Positions 1 to 10,547 are shown, counted from the stretch's first letter. The stretch is 32,000 bases of DNA from Vibrio vulnificus CMCP6 (GCF_000039765.1 NC_004459.3:1620001-1652000), one strand, 5' to 3'. Notes: a model not told the origin generated them from the sequence alone. Numbers and translations: made by a program.

Positions 1-987
1 GAAATTCGTGCCATGGTGGGGGGTAAACGCACGGGATACGATGGTTTTAACCGAGCGATCAACGCCAGCCGTCCGATAGGTTCTTTGGTGAAGCCAGCCG
101 TGTATTTGACGGCGCTAGAACAGCCTGAAAAATACACCTTAGCCACCACGTTGCAAGATACGCCATTAAGTTTGAAAGGCAGTAAAGGCTCGGTATGGGA
201 GCCTCGCAATTTTGATCGACAGTTCCGCGGCGATGTGCCTCTTTATCAGGCGCTGGCGAAATCACTCAATGTGCCCACGGTTCGCCTTGGCATGCAATTG
301 GGGATTGATCAGGTATCCGATACGTTGGCGAGATTAGGGGTAAATCGCAACGAAATTCGCCCAGTCCCTTCGATGTTCCTTGGTGCATTCTCTCTCACAC
401 CGTTGGAAGTGGCGCAGATGTACCAAACCTTGACCAATTCAGGACGAAAAGCGCCGCTCACTGCACTTCGTTCGGTGGTGGATTTGGAAGGACACGTTCT
501 GTATCAGTCGTTGCCCAAATCCTCTCCTGCCGTGAATGAACAGGCAGCATGGCTAACCACGTATGCGATGAAACAAGGGGTAGCACAAGGCACAGGCCGT
601 TATCTGCAAAACCAATTTGCGTGGGCTGCGCTCGCGGGCAAAACCGGCACCAGTAATGATAGCCGAGACAGTTGGTTTGTTGGGGTGGATGGCCGAGAAG
701 TCACCACTATTTGGCTAGGTCGAGATGATAACCAGCCGACCAAGCTGACAGGCGCAAGTGGTGCGTTGCGAGTGTACGCTGAATACCTAAAACAGCGGAC
801 GCCAGAGAAGCTGATTTTGCCTTGGCCAAAAGAGATCACCACCTTGGGGTATCAGCAAAAAAGCGACGGTGAACTCTCGCTCGACTGCTCTAGTCAATTC
901 ACTCTGCCAGTGTGGGATAAACAAGGTGAATTAAAAGCACAGTGTGAAAAATCCTCTAACTGGTTGAATAAATTGCTCAGTTGGTAA
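1..987 (+). CDS. mrcB: Penicillin-binding protein 1B, C-terminal transpeptidase part (5' end outside window)
   Basis: Frame stays open upstream of the track's ATG to base 1 (EIRAMVGGKRTGYDGFNRAINASRPIGSLVKPAVYLTAL). Contains a class A PBP KTGTSND motif and resembles E. coli PBP1B along its length. Confidence 0.93.
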   Translation, partial: EIRAMVGGKRTGYDGFNRAINASRPIGSLVKPAVYLTALEQPEKYTLATTLQDTPLSLKGSKGSVWEPRNFDRQFRGDVPLYQALAKSLNVPTVRLGMQLGIDQVSDTLARLGVNRNEIRPVPSMFLGAFSLTPLEVAQMYQTLTNSGRKAPLTALRSVVDLEGHVLYQSLPKSSPAVNEQAAWLTTYAMKQGVAQGTGRYLQNQFAWAALAGKTGTSNDSRDSWFVGVDGREVTTIWLGRDDNQPTKLTGASGALRVYAEYLKQRTPEKLILPWPKEITTLGYQQKSDGELSLDCSSQFTLPVWDKQGELKAQCEKSSNWLNKLLSW

Positions 988-1054
988 TTGTCCCCGTACC
1001 CAATTCGGTGTAAAACTGTTCAGGTTTCGTAAAACAATAAAGGAGAGCAATACC

Positions 1055-3394
1055 GTGTTCAAGGTCGACAAAGGATGGACAAATGGTTTGGCACTTTGGT
1101 CAACCTTGGCGTTTTTGGTATTGCTAACCCCTTTCTACAGTATAAAAAAAGCCGCTGCACAAGAGGCCGCTGTGGCAAAAGACGATGACAGGCCGAAAGT
1201 GGCGGTGGTTTTAGCGGGCGGTGGCGCTAAAGGCGCGGCGCACATTGGTGTGTTGAAAGCGTTGGAAGAGATGCAGATTCCGGTGGATTACATCACGGGC
1301 ACTAGTATGGGCGCGTATGTTGGCGGCTTATACGCTACTGGTATGAGTGCAGATGAGATTGAAAGCTTTATCTACAGCATCGATTGGAACAGTGGTTATC
1401 GTGATCGCGTCGATCGTAGCCAGCGTCGTGTGCGAGATAAAGAGGCGGAAGACCGCTATCAGCTAAGAACCGACATCGGCTTGCGTTTTGGTGAAGTGCA
1501 CGCACCACGTGGTTTTGTGCAAGGACAAAACATGTTACGCATTTTGCGTGAAACCACCGGTAACCTGAACGAATTTGACTCGTTTGATGATCTGGCGATC
1601 CCATATCGTTCTGTTGCGACGGACATCGTCGAGTTACAAGAAGTGGTGATTGATAAAGGCCAACTGGTGGATGCCATGATGGCCAGTATGTCCGTGCCTG
1701 GTGCGTTGCCCCCTTACGAGCTCAATGGGCGCATGTTGGTTGATGGCGGCGTTGTCAACAACATGCCGGTGGATATTGCCAGAGCCATGGGGGCGGATAT
1801 CGTTATTGCTGTCGACATCAGTACCGATTACAAGCAGAAAGAAGACTTTACCAGCATGCTGGTGGTCGCAGATCAGCTGTCTAACTATCTTGTGCGCCGC
1901 AGCACCCAACAACAAGCGGAAAGCTTAGGTGGGCAGGATGTGTACCTGAGACCTGATGTTGGTCAAATGGAAACCACCGAGTTTGTCAAGATGCCAGATG
2001 CGTATCAGGCCGGGTACAAAGCAACCTATCAGATGAAAGAGAAGCTGCAGGCATTGCGACTCAATGGTAGCCAATATCAGCACTATATTGATGGTAAGCA
2101 GCAAGCACGAAAAAGGCTCAACTATGGTGACCAGACTCGCGTCGATCAAATCGTGGTGATCAACAATACCCACTACAGTGATGGTCTACTGACTCGTCGT
2201 CTTGATCTTGAAACTGGCCGAGTATTGAAAACAGGTGAAATTGAAGCGGCGATTGAAAATCTCTATGCCTTGGATCGCTTCGAATTGATCTCTTATCACT
2301 ATGAGGAAGTGGACGGGATCAACCAACTCGTGGTGGTGGTGGATGAAAAATCATGGGGGCCAAATTACGTTAACTTTCGCTTTTTCCTTGAAGATGATTT
2401 CACCACAGACAGCCAATATGGTGTTGGCCTCTCGACCAACTTCACCGATCTGAATTCCCAAGGTGGTGAGTTGACCATTAATTTGGAAATGGGCACTGAT
2501 AAATTAGCCGAGGCGGAGTTTTATTCACCGATCCTCTTCGGGCAAGAGCTATTTGCCACGGCAAAAACCACCTACAGCAGTGATAAACGCAGTATTCCAT
2601 TTTCCGACTTTGACGAGCCGCCACTAGAAAGTGCCTACGATTATTTCCCGATAACCTACTCACAGTTTATTGGTGAGTTGGCGCTGGGATATCAACCAAC
2701 CCTATGGCAAGAGCTGAAACTGGGTGCTCGCTACGCTAAAGGAGATATTGAGCTCTCAACCATTCAATCGGCTGGGTCGAGTAACTTCGAGCGCCTTGGT
2801 GCATTTGTGCAATATCGTTTAGATACCTTAGACAATTATGCTCTTCCCACGCGTGGCGCATACTTGGATATCGAATATTTGGTCTCCCATGATGAAAGCC
2901 CCGAGATATTTGAAAGTGACTTTACCGGCCAATCACAAAGTGACACGGTTCACGAGTTATCGGTGGCAGGACGCTTCGCGACCACGTATAAACGTCATAC
3001 TTTGGTCGGATCGGCAGACTACGAAATTGTACAGAGCAAAAATAACTACATTCCACTGGATCCCAAATCGATCGGTGGTTTCTTAAATTTATCTGGTATT
3101 CCCCGTAATAGCCTGATCGGACAAAACAAATTCTTTACGAGCCTGGTTTATCGCTACCGTTGGTTTGATAATGACTTTGGCATGTTCGAAGCGCCCGTTT
3201 ATCTTGGGGCTTCTCTGGAACACGGTGGTGTTTGGTCGGATACGACGCTGACCCTAAGCCAGGCTCCACTCTATAATGCCGCGAGTGTGTTTGCGGGCAT
3301 TGACTCGCCGATAGGCCCAATTATTTTTGGTTATGGTCGCACTGAGAGAGATTTGGACGCGATCTATTTGATCATTGGTACATCGTTCCACTAG
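1055..3394 (+). CDS. Patatin-like phospholipase fused to POTRA and surface-antigen/BamA-type beta-barrel (type Vd autotransporter-like)
   Basis: GTG start with SD AAGGAG. N-terminal hydrophobic signal-like segment. Patatin motifs GGGAKGAAHIGVLKAL (oxyanion hole), GTSMG (nucleophile elbow) and DGG. C-terminal half has alternating barrel-like strands ending in an aromatic residue-rich strand (IIGTSFH). Confidence 0.88.
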   Translation: MFKVDKGWTNGLALWSTLAFLVLLTPFYSIKKAAAQEAAVAKDDDRPKVAVVLAGGGAKGAAHIGVLKALEEMQIPVDYITGTSMGAYVGGLYATGMSADEIESFIYSIDWNSGYRDRVDRSQRRVRDKEAEDRYQLRTDIGLRFGEVHAPRGFVQGQNMLRILRETTGNLNEFDSFDDLAIPYRSVATDIVELQEVVIDKGQLVDAMMASMSVPGALPPYELNGRMLVDGGVVNNMPVDIARAMGADIVIAVDISTDYKQKEDFTSMLVVADQLSNYLVRRSTQQQAESLGGQDVYLRPDVGQMETTEFVKMPDAYQAGYKATYQMKEKLQALRLNGSQYQHYIDGKQQARKRLNYGDQTRVDQIVVINNTHYSDGLLTRRLDLETGRVLKTGEIEAAIENLYALDRFELISYHYEEVDGINQLVVVVDEKSWGPNYVNFRFFLEDDFTTDSQYGVGLSTNFTDLNSQGGELTINLEMGTDKLAEAEFYSPILFGQELFATAKTTYSSDKRSIPFSDFDEPPLESAYDYFPITYSQFIGELALGYQPTLWQELKLGARYAKGDIELSTIQSAGSSNFERLGAFVQYRLDTLDNYALPTRGAYLDIEYLVSHDESPEIFESDFTGQSQSDTVHELSVAGRFATTYKRHTLVGSADYEIVQSKNNYIPLDPKSIGGFLNLSGIPRNSLIGQNKFFTSLVYRYRWFDNDFGMFEAPVYLGASLEHGGVWSDTTLTLSQAPLYNAASVFAGIDSPIGPIIFGYGRTERDLDAIYLIIGTSFH

Positions 3395-3648
3395 TGATGA
3401 AAAGTTGAACAAAAAAGACGAATAAATAGCTAAATTTAATGGGACTTTAGTCTTAAGTTGCTATGTTGGTCAAAGTGATGAGATTTTAATTTATCGTTAA
3501 ATTTGCTATTCTGTCGCCCACAGTTTGGCCTCTGCGGCGCTGTTTCTCAATCATAATTGAATGAAAACATGGGCAATAGGGAGCCAAGTTTCCAAGGATG
3601 TTCACTCCTTTACTTTGAATCATAGTAATAACAAAAGGAGGAACCGCA

Positions 3649-3672
3649 ATGAGAGGAAAAAGTCGTGCTTGA
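3649..3672 (+). other. Candidate 7-codon leader ORF (MRGKSRA*) overlapping the acnB start
   Basis: AGGAGG at 3636-3641, 7 nt before ATG at 3649. The TGA at 3670-3672 lies 8 nt into acnB, whose GTG start is at 3665. Confidence 0.3.
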
Positions 3673-6262
3673 AGCCTACCGTAAACACGTCGAAGAGCGT
3701 GCAGCAGAGGGAGTTGTTCCAAAACCTCTAGATGCAGAACAAGTTGCTGGACTTGTTGAACTTCTGAAAAATCCCCCACAAGGTGAAGAAGAGTTTCTTC
3801 TAGACCTACTTGAAAACCGCATTCCCCCAGGTGTTGATGAAGCCGCGTATGTTAAAGCGGGTTTCCTTGCTGCGGTGATTCGTGGTGAAGCAAGCTCTCC
3901 GCTTGTCAGCCGTGAGCATGCGGCAAAACTGCTTGGCACCATGCAAGGTGGTTACAACATCGAACCATTGGTTGCCTTGCTTGATGATGAAGCTCTGGCG
4001 CCAATCGCCGTTGAAGCGCTGTCTCACACATTACTGATGTTTGACGTTTTCTATGACGTTGAAGAAAAAGCGAAAGCCGGTAATCAATATGCGCAACAAG
4101 TGCTTCAGTCATGGGCTGATGCAGAATGGTTCTTATCAAAACCTGAGCTTGCCGAAAAAATTACTTTAACCGTATTTAAAGTCACGGGTGAAACCAACAC
4201 CGATGATCTGTCTCCAGCTCCGGATGCTTGGTCTCGCCCTGATATTCCTGTTCACGCGTTAGCGATGCTAAAAAATGAGCGTGAAGGCATTGTGCCAGAT
4301 CAGCCTGGCAGCATTGGCCCGATCAAACAGATTGAAGCGCTAAAAGAACAAGGCCACCAACTTGTTTATGTTGGTGATGTTGTGGGTACAGGCTCATCGC
4401 GTAAATCAGCAACGAACTCAGTGCTGTGGTTTATGGGTGATGACATTCCTTACGTACCAAACAAACGTGCTGGTGGTTATGTCTTGGGTGGCAAAATTGC
4501 ACCTATCTTCTTTAACACCATGGAAGATGCGGGTGCGCTACCGATCGAAGTCGACGTGTCCAAGCTCAATATGGGCGATGTGATTGATGTCTACCCATAC
4601 CAAGGCAAAGTGGCCAACCATGCTACCGGTGACGTTCTTGCTGAATTCTCACTAAAAACCGATGTGTTGATTGATGAAGTTCGTGCAGGTGGCCGTATTC
4701 CACTGATCATCGGTCGTGGTTTGACAGAAAAAGCACGTCAATCACTAGGCTTAGCGCCGTCTGATGTATTCCGCAAACCAGCGGATGTTGCAGATTCGGG
4801 CAAAGGCTACACGCTTGCTCAGAAAATGGTGGGTAAAGCATGTGGCGTAACGGGCATTCGCCCAGGGACCTACTGTGAACCTAAAATGACCACCGTTGGT
4901 TCGCAAGACACCACTGGCCCAATGACGCGTGATGAGCTAAAAGACCTTGCTTGTCTTGGCTTCTCTGCCGATCTTGTGATGCAGTCTTTCTGTCACACGT
5001 CAGCGTATCCAAAACCTGTCGATGTGAACACACACCATACTCTGCCTGATTTCATCATGAATCGCGGCGGTGTGTCACTGCGCCCAGGCGATGGTGTTAT
5101 CCACTCATGGCTAAACCGCATGCTGTTGCCTGATACTGTCGGTACAGGTGGTGACTCGCATACTCGTTTCCCATTGGGTATTTCATTCCCAGCAGGTTCT
5201 GGTCTCGTTGCGTTTGCGGCAGCGACAGGTGTTATGCCTCTGGATATGCCTGAGTCAATCTTGGTGCGCTTTAAAGGCGAAATACAGCCAGGTATTACGC
5301 TGCGTGATCTTGTCCATGCCATTCCTTATTACGGCATCAAGCAAGGTCTTTTAACGGTTGAGAAAGCTGGTAAGATCAACGAATTCTCTGGTCGTATTCT
5401 GGAAATCGAAGGGGTAGAACACCTCACGGTTGAGCAAGCGTTTGAACTGTCTGATGCATCAGCTGAGCGCTCAGCGGCAGGTTGTACAGTGAAACTTTCT
5501 CAAGCATCGATCGAAGAATACCTCAACTCGAACATCGTGATGCTGAAGTGGATGATTTCAGAAGGTTACGGTGATCGTCGTACTATTGAGCGTCGTATCG
5601 TTGCGATGCAAGAGTGGTTAGCAAGCCCAGAATTGATGTCGGCAGACCGTGATGCAGAATACGCACACGTGATTGAAATTGATCTCGCGGAAATCAAAGA
5701 GCCGATTCTTTGTGCGCCAAACGATCCAGACGACGCTCGTCTGCTTTCTGATGTTCAAGGCACGCAAATCGACGAAGTGTTCATTGGTTCGTGTATGACC
5801 AACATTGGTCACTTCCGCGCTGCGGGTAAGTTGCTAGAGAAGTTCAAAGGTCAGCTTGATACGCGTCTGTGGATTGCACCACCAACCAAGATGGACCGTG
5901 ACCAACTGACTGAAGAAGGTTACTACGGTATTTACGGTCGCGCTGGGGTTCGTATTGAAACTCCGGGATGTTCGCTGTGTATGGGTAACCAAGCGCGCGT
6001 TGCAGACAAAACCACGGTGATGTCGACCTCAACACGTAACTTCCCGAACCGTTTAGGTACAGGTGCGAACGTCTATCTGTCATCAGCCGAATTGGCGGCA
6101 GTCGGTGCGATTCTTGGCCGAATCCCAACGGTAGAAGAGTACATGGAATATGCGAAACAGTTGGATGCAACGGCGGCGGATACCTACCGTTACCTCAACT
6201 TCCACCTGATGGGGCAGTACACCAAAAAAGCCGACACAGTGATTTTCCAACAGCCGGCTTAA
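3665..6262 (+). CDS. acnB: Bifunctional aconitate hydratase 2 / 2-methylisocitrate dehydratase
   Basis: 865 aa, begins [27 protein letters not shown], closely matching AcnB N-termini. Contains [11 protein letters not shown] and [11 protein letters not shown] cluster region. GTG start with SD-like GAGAGGA. Confidence 0.98.
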   Translation: MLEAYRKHVEERAAEGVVPKPLDAEQVAGLVELLKNPPQGEEEFLLDLLENRIPPGVDEAAYVKAGFLAAVIRGEASSPLVSREHAAKLLGTMQGGYNIEPLVALLDDEALAPIAVEALSHTLLMFDVFYDVEEKAKAGNQYAQQVLQSWADAEWFLSKPELAEKITLTVFKVTGETNTDDLSPAPDAWSRPDIPVHALAMLKNEREGIVPDQPGSIGPIKQIEALKEQGHQLVYVGDVVGTGSSRKSATNSVLWFMGDDIPYVPNKRAGGYVLGGKIAPIFFNTMEDAGALPIEVDVSKLNMGDVIDVYPYQGKVANHATGDVLAEFSLKTDVLIDEVRAGGRIPLIIGRGLTEKARQSLGLAPSDVFRKPADVADSGKGYTLAQKMVGKACGVTGIRPGTYCEPKMTTVGSQDTTGPMTRDELKDLACLGFSADLVMQSFCHTSAYPKPVDVNTHHTLPDFIMNRGGVSLRPGDGVIHSWLNRMLLPDTVGTGGDSHTRFPLGISFPAGSGLVAFAAATGVMPLDMPESILVRFKGEIQPGITLRDLVHAIPYYGIKQGLLTVEKAGKINEFSGRILEIEGVEHLTVEQAFELSDASAERSAAGCTVKLSQASIEEYLNSNIVMLKWMISEGYGDRRTIERRIVAMQEWLASPELMSADRDAEYAHVIEIDLAEIKEPILCAPNDPDDARLLSDVQGTQIDEVFIGSCMTNIGHFRAAGKLLEKFKGQLDTRLWIAPPTKMDRDQLTEEGYYGIYGRAGVRIETPGCSLCMGNQARVADKTTVMSTSTRNFPNRLGTGANVYLSSAELAAVGAILGRIPTVEEYMEYAKQLDATAADTYRYLNFHLMGQYTKKADTVIFQQPA

Positions 6263-6278
6263 TAAAATCTTCGATAAT

Positions 6279-6309
6279 AAAAAACCGCTGAATTTTCAGC
6301 GGTTTTTTT
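6279..6309. terminator. Bidirectional rho-independent terminator between convergent acnB and glycerate kinase gene
   Basis: AAAAAACCGCTGAATTTTCAGCGGTTTTTTT: GC-rich stem flanked by an A-run on the left and T-run on the right. Confidence 0.9.
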
Positions 6310-6323
6310 ACGTTAAGTAAAGT

Positions 6324-7460
6324 TTAACGGCGAGTCATACAAAAAGCAGCGGCAACGTTTCTTGCCGTTAGTTCTACGTTTTCCGCGGCTTCTGCCAACG
6401 CGGTTGGCAGATCAACGGAGCGATTGACCACGGCGAAAACGGCATCGAGGCCATGCTCATGGACCACTCCGCAATCGGCCGACAGACAACCCGCGATGCC
6501 AATCACCGGCAAGCTGTGCTTTTTCGCTGTGCGCGCGACACCGATCGGGGTTTTGCCATGAATGGTTTGGCTGTCGATACGACCTTCACCTGTGATCACC
6601 AGATCCGCATCAGCAACGATTTCATCTAAGCGAACCGCATCCATGACAATCTCAATACCAGGGCGAAGCTCGGCGTTAAGCAAGCCTAGTAGCGCCGCAC
6701 CCATACCACCGGCTGCGCCTGCACCGGCCATATCACGAACATCCACGCCAAGTTGCTGTTTAATGATCGCGGCATAGTGCGCTAAGTTTTTGTCCAAAAT
6801 TGTGACCATCTCTGGCGTTGCCCCTTTTTGTGGCCCAAAGACAGCGGAAGCGCCTTTTGGTCCACATAGTGGGTTATCAACATCACACGCCACTTCAAGA
6901 CGAACTTGAGCCAAACGAGGATCGAGTTGAGAGCAGTCAATCGTTGCCAATTTCGCTAGCTCACCGCCACCATGGCCAAGTGCATTTCCTTGTGCATCAA
7001 GTAGTTTGATGCCGAGAGCCTGCGCCATACCAATGCCACCATCGTTGGTCGCGCTGCCGCCGATGCCTACGATAATGTGTTTCACACCGTGGTCGAGGGC
7101 GGCTTTGATCAACTCGCCCGTCCCAAACGTTGTGGTGATGAGTGGGTTGCGCTGATCTGGTGTCACAAGGTGTAAGCCAGAAGCGGCCGCCATCTCGATG
7201 ACTGCGGTTTTGCCTTCGCCGAGCAAACCAAAAAAGCCATCGACACGCTGGCCAAGTGGGCCCGTAACGGTATGTTCGATGATGGTGCCACCAGTGGCGT
7301 CAACCATCGATTGCACCGTTCCTTCTCCACCATCTGCCATAGGGAGCTTCACGTAGTGTGCATCGGGTAAGACTTGCTTAAATCCTTTTTCAATCGCGAT
7401 GGCCACATCCATGGCAGTAAGGCTTTCTTTATAGGAATCTGGAGCAATTATAATTTTCAT
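6324..7460 (-). CDS. garK: Glycerate kinase (GarK/GlxK family)
   Basis: 378 aa, MKIIIAPDSYKESLTAMDVAIAIEKGF...MADGGEGTV...GIGGSATNDGGIGMAQALG...ITGEGRIDSQTIHGKTPIGVA, characteristic of the glycerate kinase type 1 family. Confidence 0.93.
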   Translation of the reverse strand: MKIIIAPDSYKESLTAMDVAIAIEKGFKQVLPDAHYVKLPMADGGEGTVQSMVDATGGTIIEHTVTGPLGQRVDGFFGLLGEGKTAVIEMAAASGLHLVTPDQRNPLITTTFGTGELIKAALDHGVKHIIVGIGGSATNDGGIGMAQALGIKLLDAQGNALGHGGGELAKLATIDCSQLDPRLAQVRLEVACDVDNPLCGPKGASAVFGPQKGATPEMVTILDKNLAHYAAIIKQQLGVDVRDMAGAGAAGGMGAALLGLLNAELRPGIEIVMDAVRLDEIVADADLVITGEGRIDSQTIHGKTPIGVARTAKKHSLPVIGIAGCLSADCGVVHEHGLDAVFAVVNRSVDLPTALAEAAENVELTARNVAAAFCMTRR

Positions 7461-7474
7461 GTTTACCTCAATGC

Positions 7475-8740
7475 TTATACAAACAGACCAAATACGCCGA
7501 ACATCATGACAGAGACAAAAGCGATCATTAAGCCAACCGCAGACTCATAAGGAATCAGTTTTAAACGCTCACGAATGTCCATATGAACAGCGCCGCCCGT
7601 TGCGTGGAAGAAGCTACCATGTGGCATATGGTCAAGAACAGTGGCACCAGAATGAATCATGGCTGCCCCCGCTAATGCAGGTACTCCCAGTTCAAGAATG
7701 GTGTGACTAAATACGTTAGATGCAACGGCGGTTCCTGCTGTGGTGGATGCTGTTGCAAGTGACATCATTGCACCGGAAATCGGGGCAAGGAGATAGGACG
7801 GTAAACCCGAAGCGGTGAGAATATCGATCAAGCCATTTTTAAGCCCTGAGTTTGCGATAATACCTGCGAGAGTACCTGTGCCAAGCAGCATGACGGCAAC
7901 CGGTGCCATGCGCGAAAGGCCAGAGACTGCAAAGTGGTTGGTATCGGCGAATCGACCCATCACCACGGCACCGAGCAAACCGCCTAAAGGCAAGGCGATG
8001 AGCGGATCAACGTTGATGCCGGCAATTGGGCGTAAAGCCAATAGTGCAATTGCCACCAATGGCGCGACAATGGCAGCGCCAAATTTTGGCAGTTTGCTGT
8101 GATCCACTGCAATGACTTCGCTGGCCGCGACTTTAGACCCCTTATTGACCAGACGTTTCGCAATGAAATACGCCAATACCAAACCACAAAGACCAGGAAT
8201 CACACCAGCTGCCATCACAGAGGTTAATGGCACATTAAAGGCATCAGCGGCTGCGATTGCATTGGGATTTGGCGACATTACGTTACCGGCTTTACCGCCC
8301 CCGACCATGGCAAGCAAAATCGCGGTTTTAGAGATATCAGCACGGCGAGCAATCGCCAACGCAATCGGAGAAACCGTAATGACGGCGACATCAACAAAAA
8401 CGCCAACGGCAGTCAGAATCATGGTCGCCAATGCCAGGGCGAGAAGCGCGCGTGTTTCCCCCACTTTTTTGACGATCGTCTCTGCGATCGATGTTGCTGC
8501 GCCAGATTCAATCAAAACGCCAGCCAAAACACCGGCGGCAAGAATACGTAAAACCGCGGTCACAATACCTTGTGCGCCGCCGATCATTAGAGAAACTGTG
8601 TCGGTCAGTGAAACACCACCAATCACACCGCCGATAAGAGCGCCAATGATCATGCCGTACGCGGGTGGGACTTTTTTCAGTATGAGCGCAATGGCCACCA
8701 CTAAGGCAGCTAAGGCTCCGAGGGTAGAGACTTCAATCAT
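7475..8740 (-). CDS. GntP-family permease (gluconate/glycerate-type transporter)
   Basis: 421 aa, highly hydrophobic. GntP-like segments VGGGKAGNVMSPNPNAIA and HSGATVLDHMPHGSFFHATGG. Adjacent to glycerate kinase. Confidence 0.88.
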   Translation of the reverse strand: MIEVSTLGALAALVVAIALILKKVPPAYGMIIGALIGGVIGGVSLTDTVSLMIGGAQGIVTAVLRILAAGVLAGVLIESGAATSIAETIVKKVGETRALLALALATMILTAVGVFVDVAVITVSPIALAIARRADISKTAILLAMVGGGKAGNVMSPNPNAIAAADAFNVPLTSVMAAGVIPGLCGLVLAYFIAKRLVNKGSKVAASEVIAVDHSKLPKFGAAIVAPLVAIALLALRPIAGINVDPLIALPLGGLLGAVVMGRFADTNHFAVSGLSRMAPVAVMLLGTGTLAGIIANSGLKNGLIDILTASGLPSYLLAPISGAMMSLATASTTAGTAVASNVFSHTILELGVPALAGAAMIHSGATVLDHMPHGSFFHATGGAVHMDIRERLKLIPYESAVGLMIAFVSVMMFGVFGLFV

Positions 8741-8827
8741 GTTCCATTTCCATATTATTGATAAGAGTATTTTTTGCTCGAATATAGAGATGGAATCTGA
8801 TCGGGTCTTTAGTCGTTACAACAAATT

Positions 8828-10024
8828 TCACCCAGCTGACTGCTTTGTTTTTTGTGCATCTGCACAATTTCTTTGTTTTGAGGAGAACAACTCTAGCGCG
8901 ATATAGAGTTGGAAGGTGTTATTTAAGTTATTGAAATTTAATGATGTTATATCTTCAATCTTTTCAATTCGATAGCGGAGGGTATTACGATGGATATGAA
9001 GCGCTTGGCAAGTTCGACATGCATCACAGTTCTGAGCAAAATACGCGGTGAGGGTTTTGAGTAGCACGCCTTTGCTGTCTTTTTTTTGCAGTTTCAGTAA
9101 TGGAGCCTGCAATTGTTCGGCTTTCCAGGGTTGTGAAAGGAGATCGCTCATCAACACAGGTAGCTTATGATCTTGGTAGAAGAAAACCGTGCCAGATTGC
9201 TCAGCCATCAATTGCATGGTGAGTTTGGCGGTTTCAAAAGATTGGGCTAATCCTGCCAATCCTTCAAAGTAGTCTCCGAGCGCAATTTTAATTGAGAAGT
9301 TCCCTTCTTTACTTACCCGCTTTAGCAACTGGTTGATGCGCTTGGTTTCCACCTCTTTGGACCAACCGTTGTCGGTTAGGCTTATCGGTTTTAACACCAC
9401 CACCTCGTTATTAGAGACAGATAAAATACCAACGAGATTGTCACGTTCAGGATACTCAAGTAGGTGAACGATCTGTTGTAAATGCTCCAACGAGAGTGAG
9501 GTTTGTTTATCAGGAAAAACCTTGACCACAGCAGCTATTCTCGGCTCACTCAAATTTAAGCCAAGTCGCTCTGCAATGGAGTTCAACTGGTTGTCATTCA
9601 GCGTCGCGCCAGAGATAAGCTGCAGAACCAACTCTTCCCTGTGTCGCTTATTCCATTGCACTTGAGACATGAGGGCTGCTTGCTCAACGATGAGCTCTGC
9701 GGTCATCTTAACCAGTTCGCCATAATGCTTCACTTCGTCTGGTGCGCCGGATACGCCAATGACGCCAATGACTTGTTCTAGAAAAAGGATTGGTAAGTTG
9801 ATCCCAGGCTTAACCCCTTTTAAATGGCTGGCGGTGGCTTTATCGATCTCAACCACTCGACACTCCGTAATTGCGAGCACGGCACCTTCATGTTTTTGTT
9901 GCAGTCGCGATGGATCCCCCGAACCAATAATTCTCCCTTGATCGTCCATCACATTGACCGAATAGGGGATGATCTTCATGGTGCGTTCGACAATTTGCCG
10001 TGCAATAGTTTCGTTCAGTTTCAT
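8828..10024 (-). CDS. cdaR: Sugar diacid / glycerate-responsive transcriptional regulator, CdaR family
   Basis: MKLNETIARQIVERTMKIIPYSVNVMDDQGRIIGSGDPSRLQQKHEGAVLAI aligns with CdaR N-termini. C-terminal PucR/CdaR HTH (ALHIHRNTLRYRIEKIEDIT). The track's start at 10096 adds 24 residues not expected in the family. Confidence 0.88.
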   Translation of the reverse strand: MKLNETIARQIVERTMKIIPYSVNVMDDQGRIIGSGDPSRLQQKHEGAVLAITECRVVEIDKATASHLKGVKPGINLPILFLEQVIGVIGVSGAPDEVKHYGELVKMTAELIVEQAALMSQVQWNKRHREELVLQLISGATLNDNQLNSIAERLGLNLSEPRIAAVVKVFPDKQTSLSLEHLQQIVHLLEYPERDNLVGILSVSNNEVVVLKPISLTDNGWSKEVETKRINQLLKRVSKEGNFSIKIALGDYFEGLAGLAQSFETAKLTMQLMAEQSGTVFFYQDHKLPVLMSDLLSQPWKAEQLQAPLLKLQKKDSKGVLLKTLTAYFAQNCDACRTCQALHIHRNTLRYRIEKIEDITSLNFNNLNNTFQLYIALELFSSKQRNCADAQKTKQSAG

Positions 10025-10094
10025 GCTTGAGAGTGGAGTCCAAGTGAGAATTTGTCGATAATAGTACCTGATCTCGTTATCAATAGAGAAAAAC

Positions 10095-10463
10095 ATGGAT
10101 TACGAATTTAAGAAAAACATCCTAGATGGTCACTATTACTGCCATTGCTCAATGGACCATGAAATTGTTGGCCGTTGGGTTCAAGAAGAAATCGGCAAAG
10201 AGAGCACTAAAATCGCCCAAGTGCTGGCTTTAATTGTCGCCGCAAGAAGTAACCCGACAGAAGAGCTTTGCTTAAATGGCACCGAAATCAGCTTGATGAT
10301 TTGTGGCGACGAAGTCACCGTGCAAGACAATGCACTGCTGCACAGTTACGAGCTTGAGGCAGAGAGCGAGTTCGAACTGTACGACTGTGAGAGTGTCGCA
10401 TGTTGTGGTTTAGAAGACTTTGAACAGCTAATTCAGCAGTGGCAGTTGTTCGTTCGTCGTTGA
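10095..10463 (+). CDS. yacL: UPF0231 family protein YacL
   Basis: MDYEFKKNILDG...CSMDHEIVGRWVQEEIG...CGDEVTV...CCGLEDFEQLIQQWQLFVRR resembles E. coli YacL. Confidence 0.82.
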   Translation: MDYEFKKNILDGHYYCHCSMDHEIVGRWVQEEIGKESTKIAQVLALIVAARSNPTEELCLNGTEISLMICGDEVTVQDNALLHSYELEAESEFELYDCESVACCGLEDFEQLIQQWQLFVRR

Positions 10464-10509
10464 CGGATAGCTTGTTGCACATTTATTGAACACTTGCTTT
10501 ATATTTGTG

Positions 10510-10547
10510 AATGGAGCGCACCATTATGGTGCGCTCCATTTTTATTT
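10510..10547 (+). terminator. Strong hairpin terminator after yacL, overlapping an NtrC-like palindrome
   Basis: AATGGAGCGCACC-ATTAT-GGTGCGCTCCATTTTTATT: 13-bp perfect stem followed by a T-rich tract. Inner part cGCACCATTATGGTGCg resembles NtrC sites TGCACC-N5-GGTGCA. Confidence 0.75.

Noticed and set aside
3561-3731. Open frame from ATG 3561 running through the acnB leader into the acnB start
   Set aside because: About 57 codons, no SD, composition not protein-like. The better-supported leader candidate is the 7-codon ORF at 3649.
8112-8906. 264-aa plus-strand ORF antisense to the GntP permease gene
   Set aside because: Fully explained as a codon-bias shadow of the convincing permease. The product is Ala/Thr/Pro-rich with no recognisable family.
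10025-10096. 24-residue N-terminal extension of the CdaR homologue
   Set aside because: MKLNETIARQIVERTM aligns with family N-termini. The extension would consume the divergent promoter region shared with yacL.
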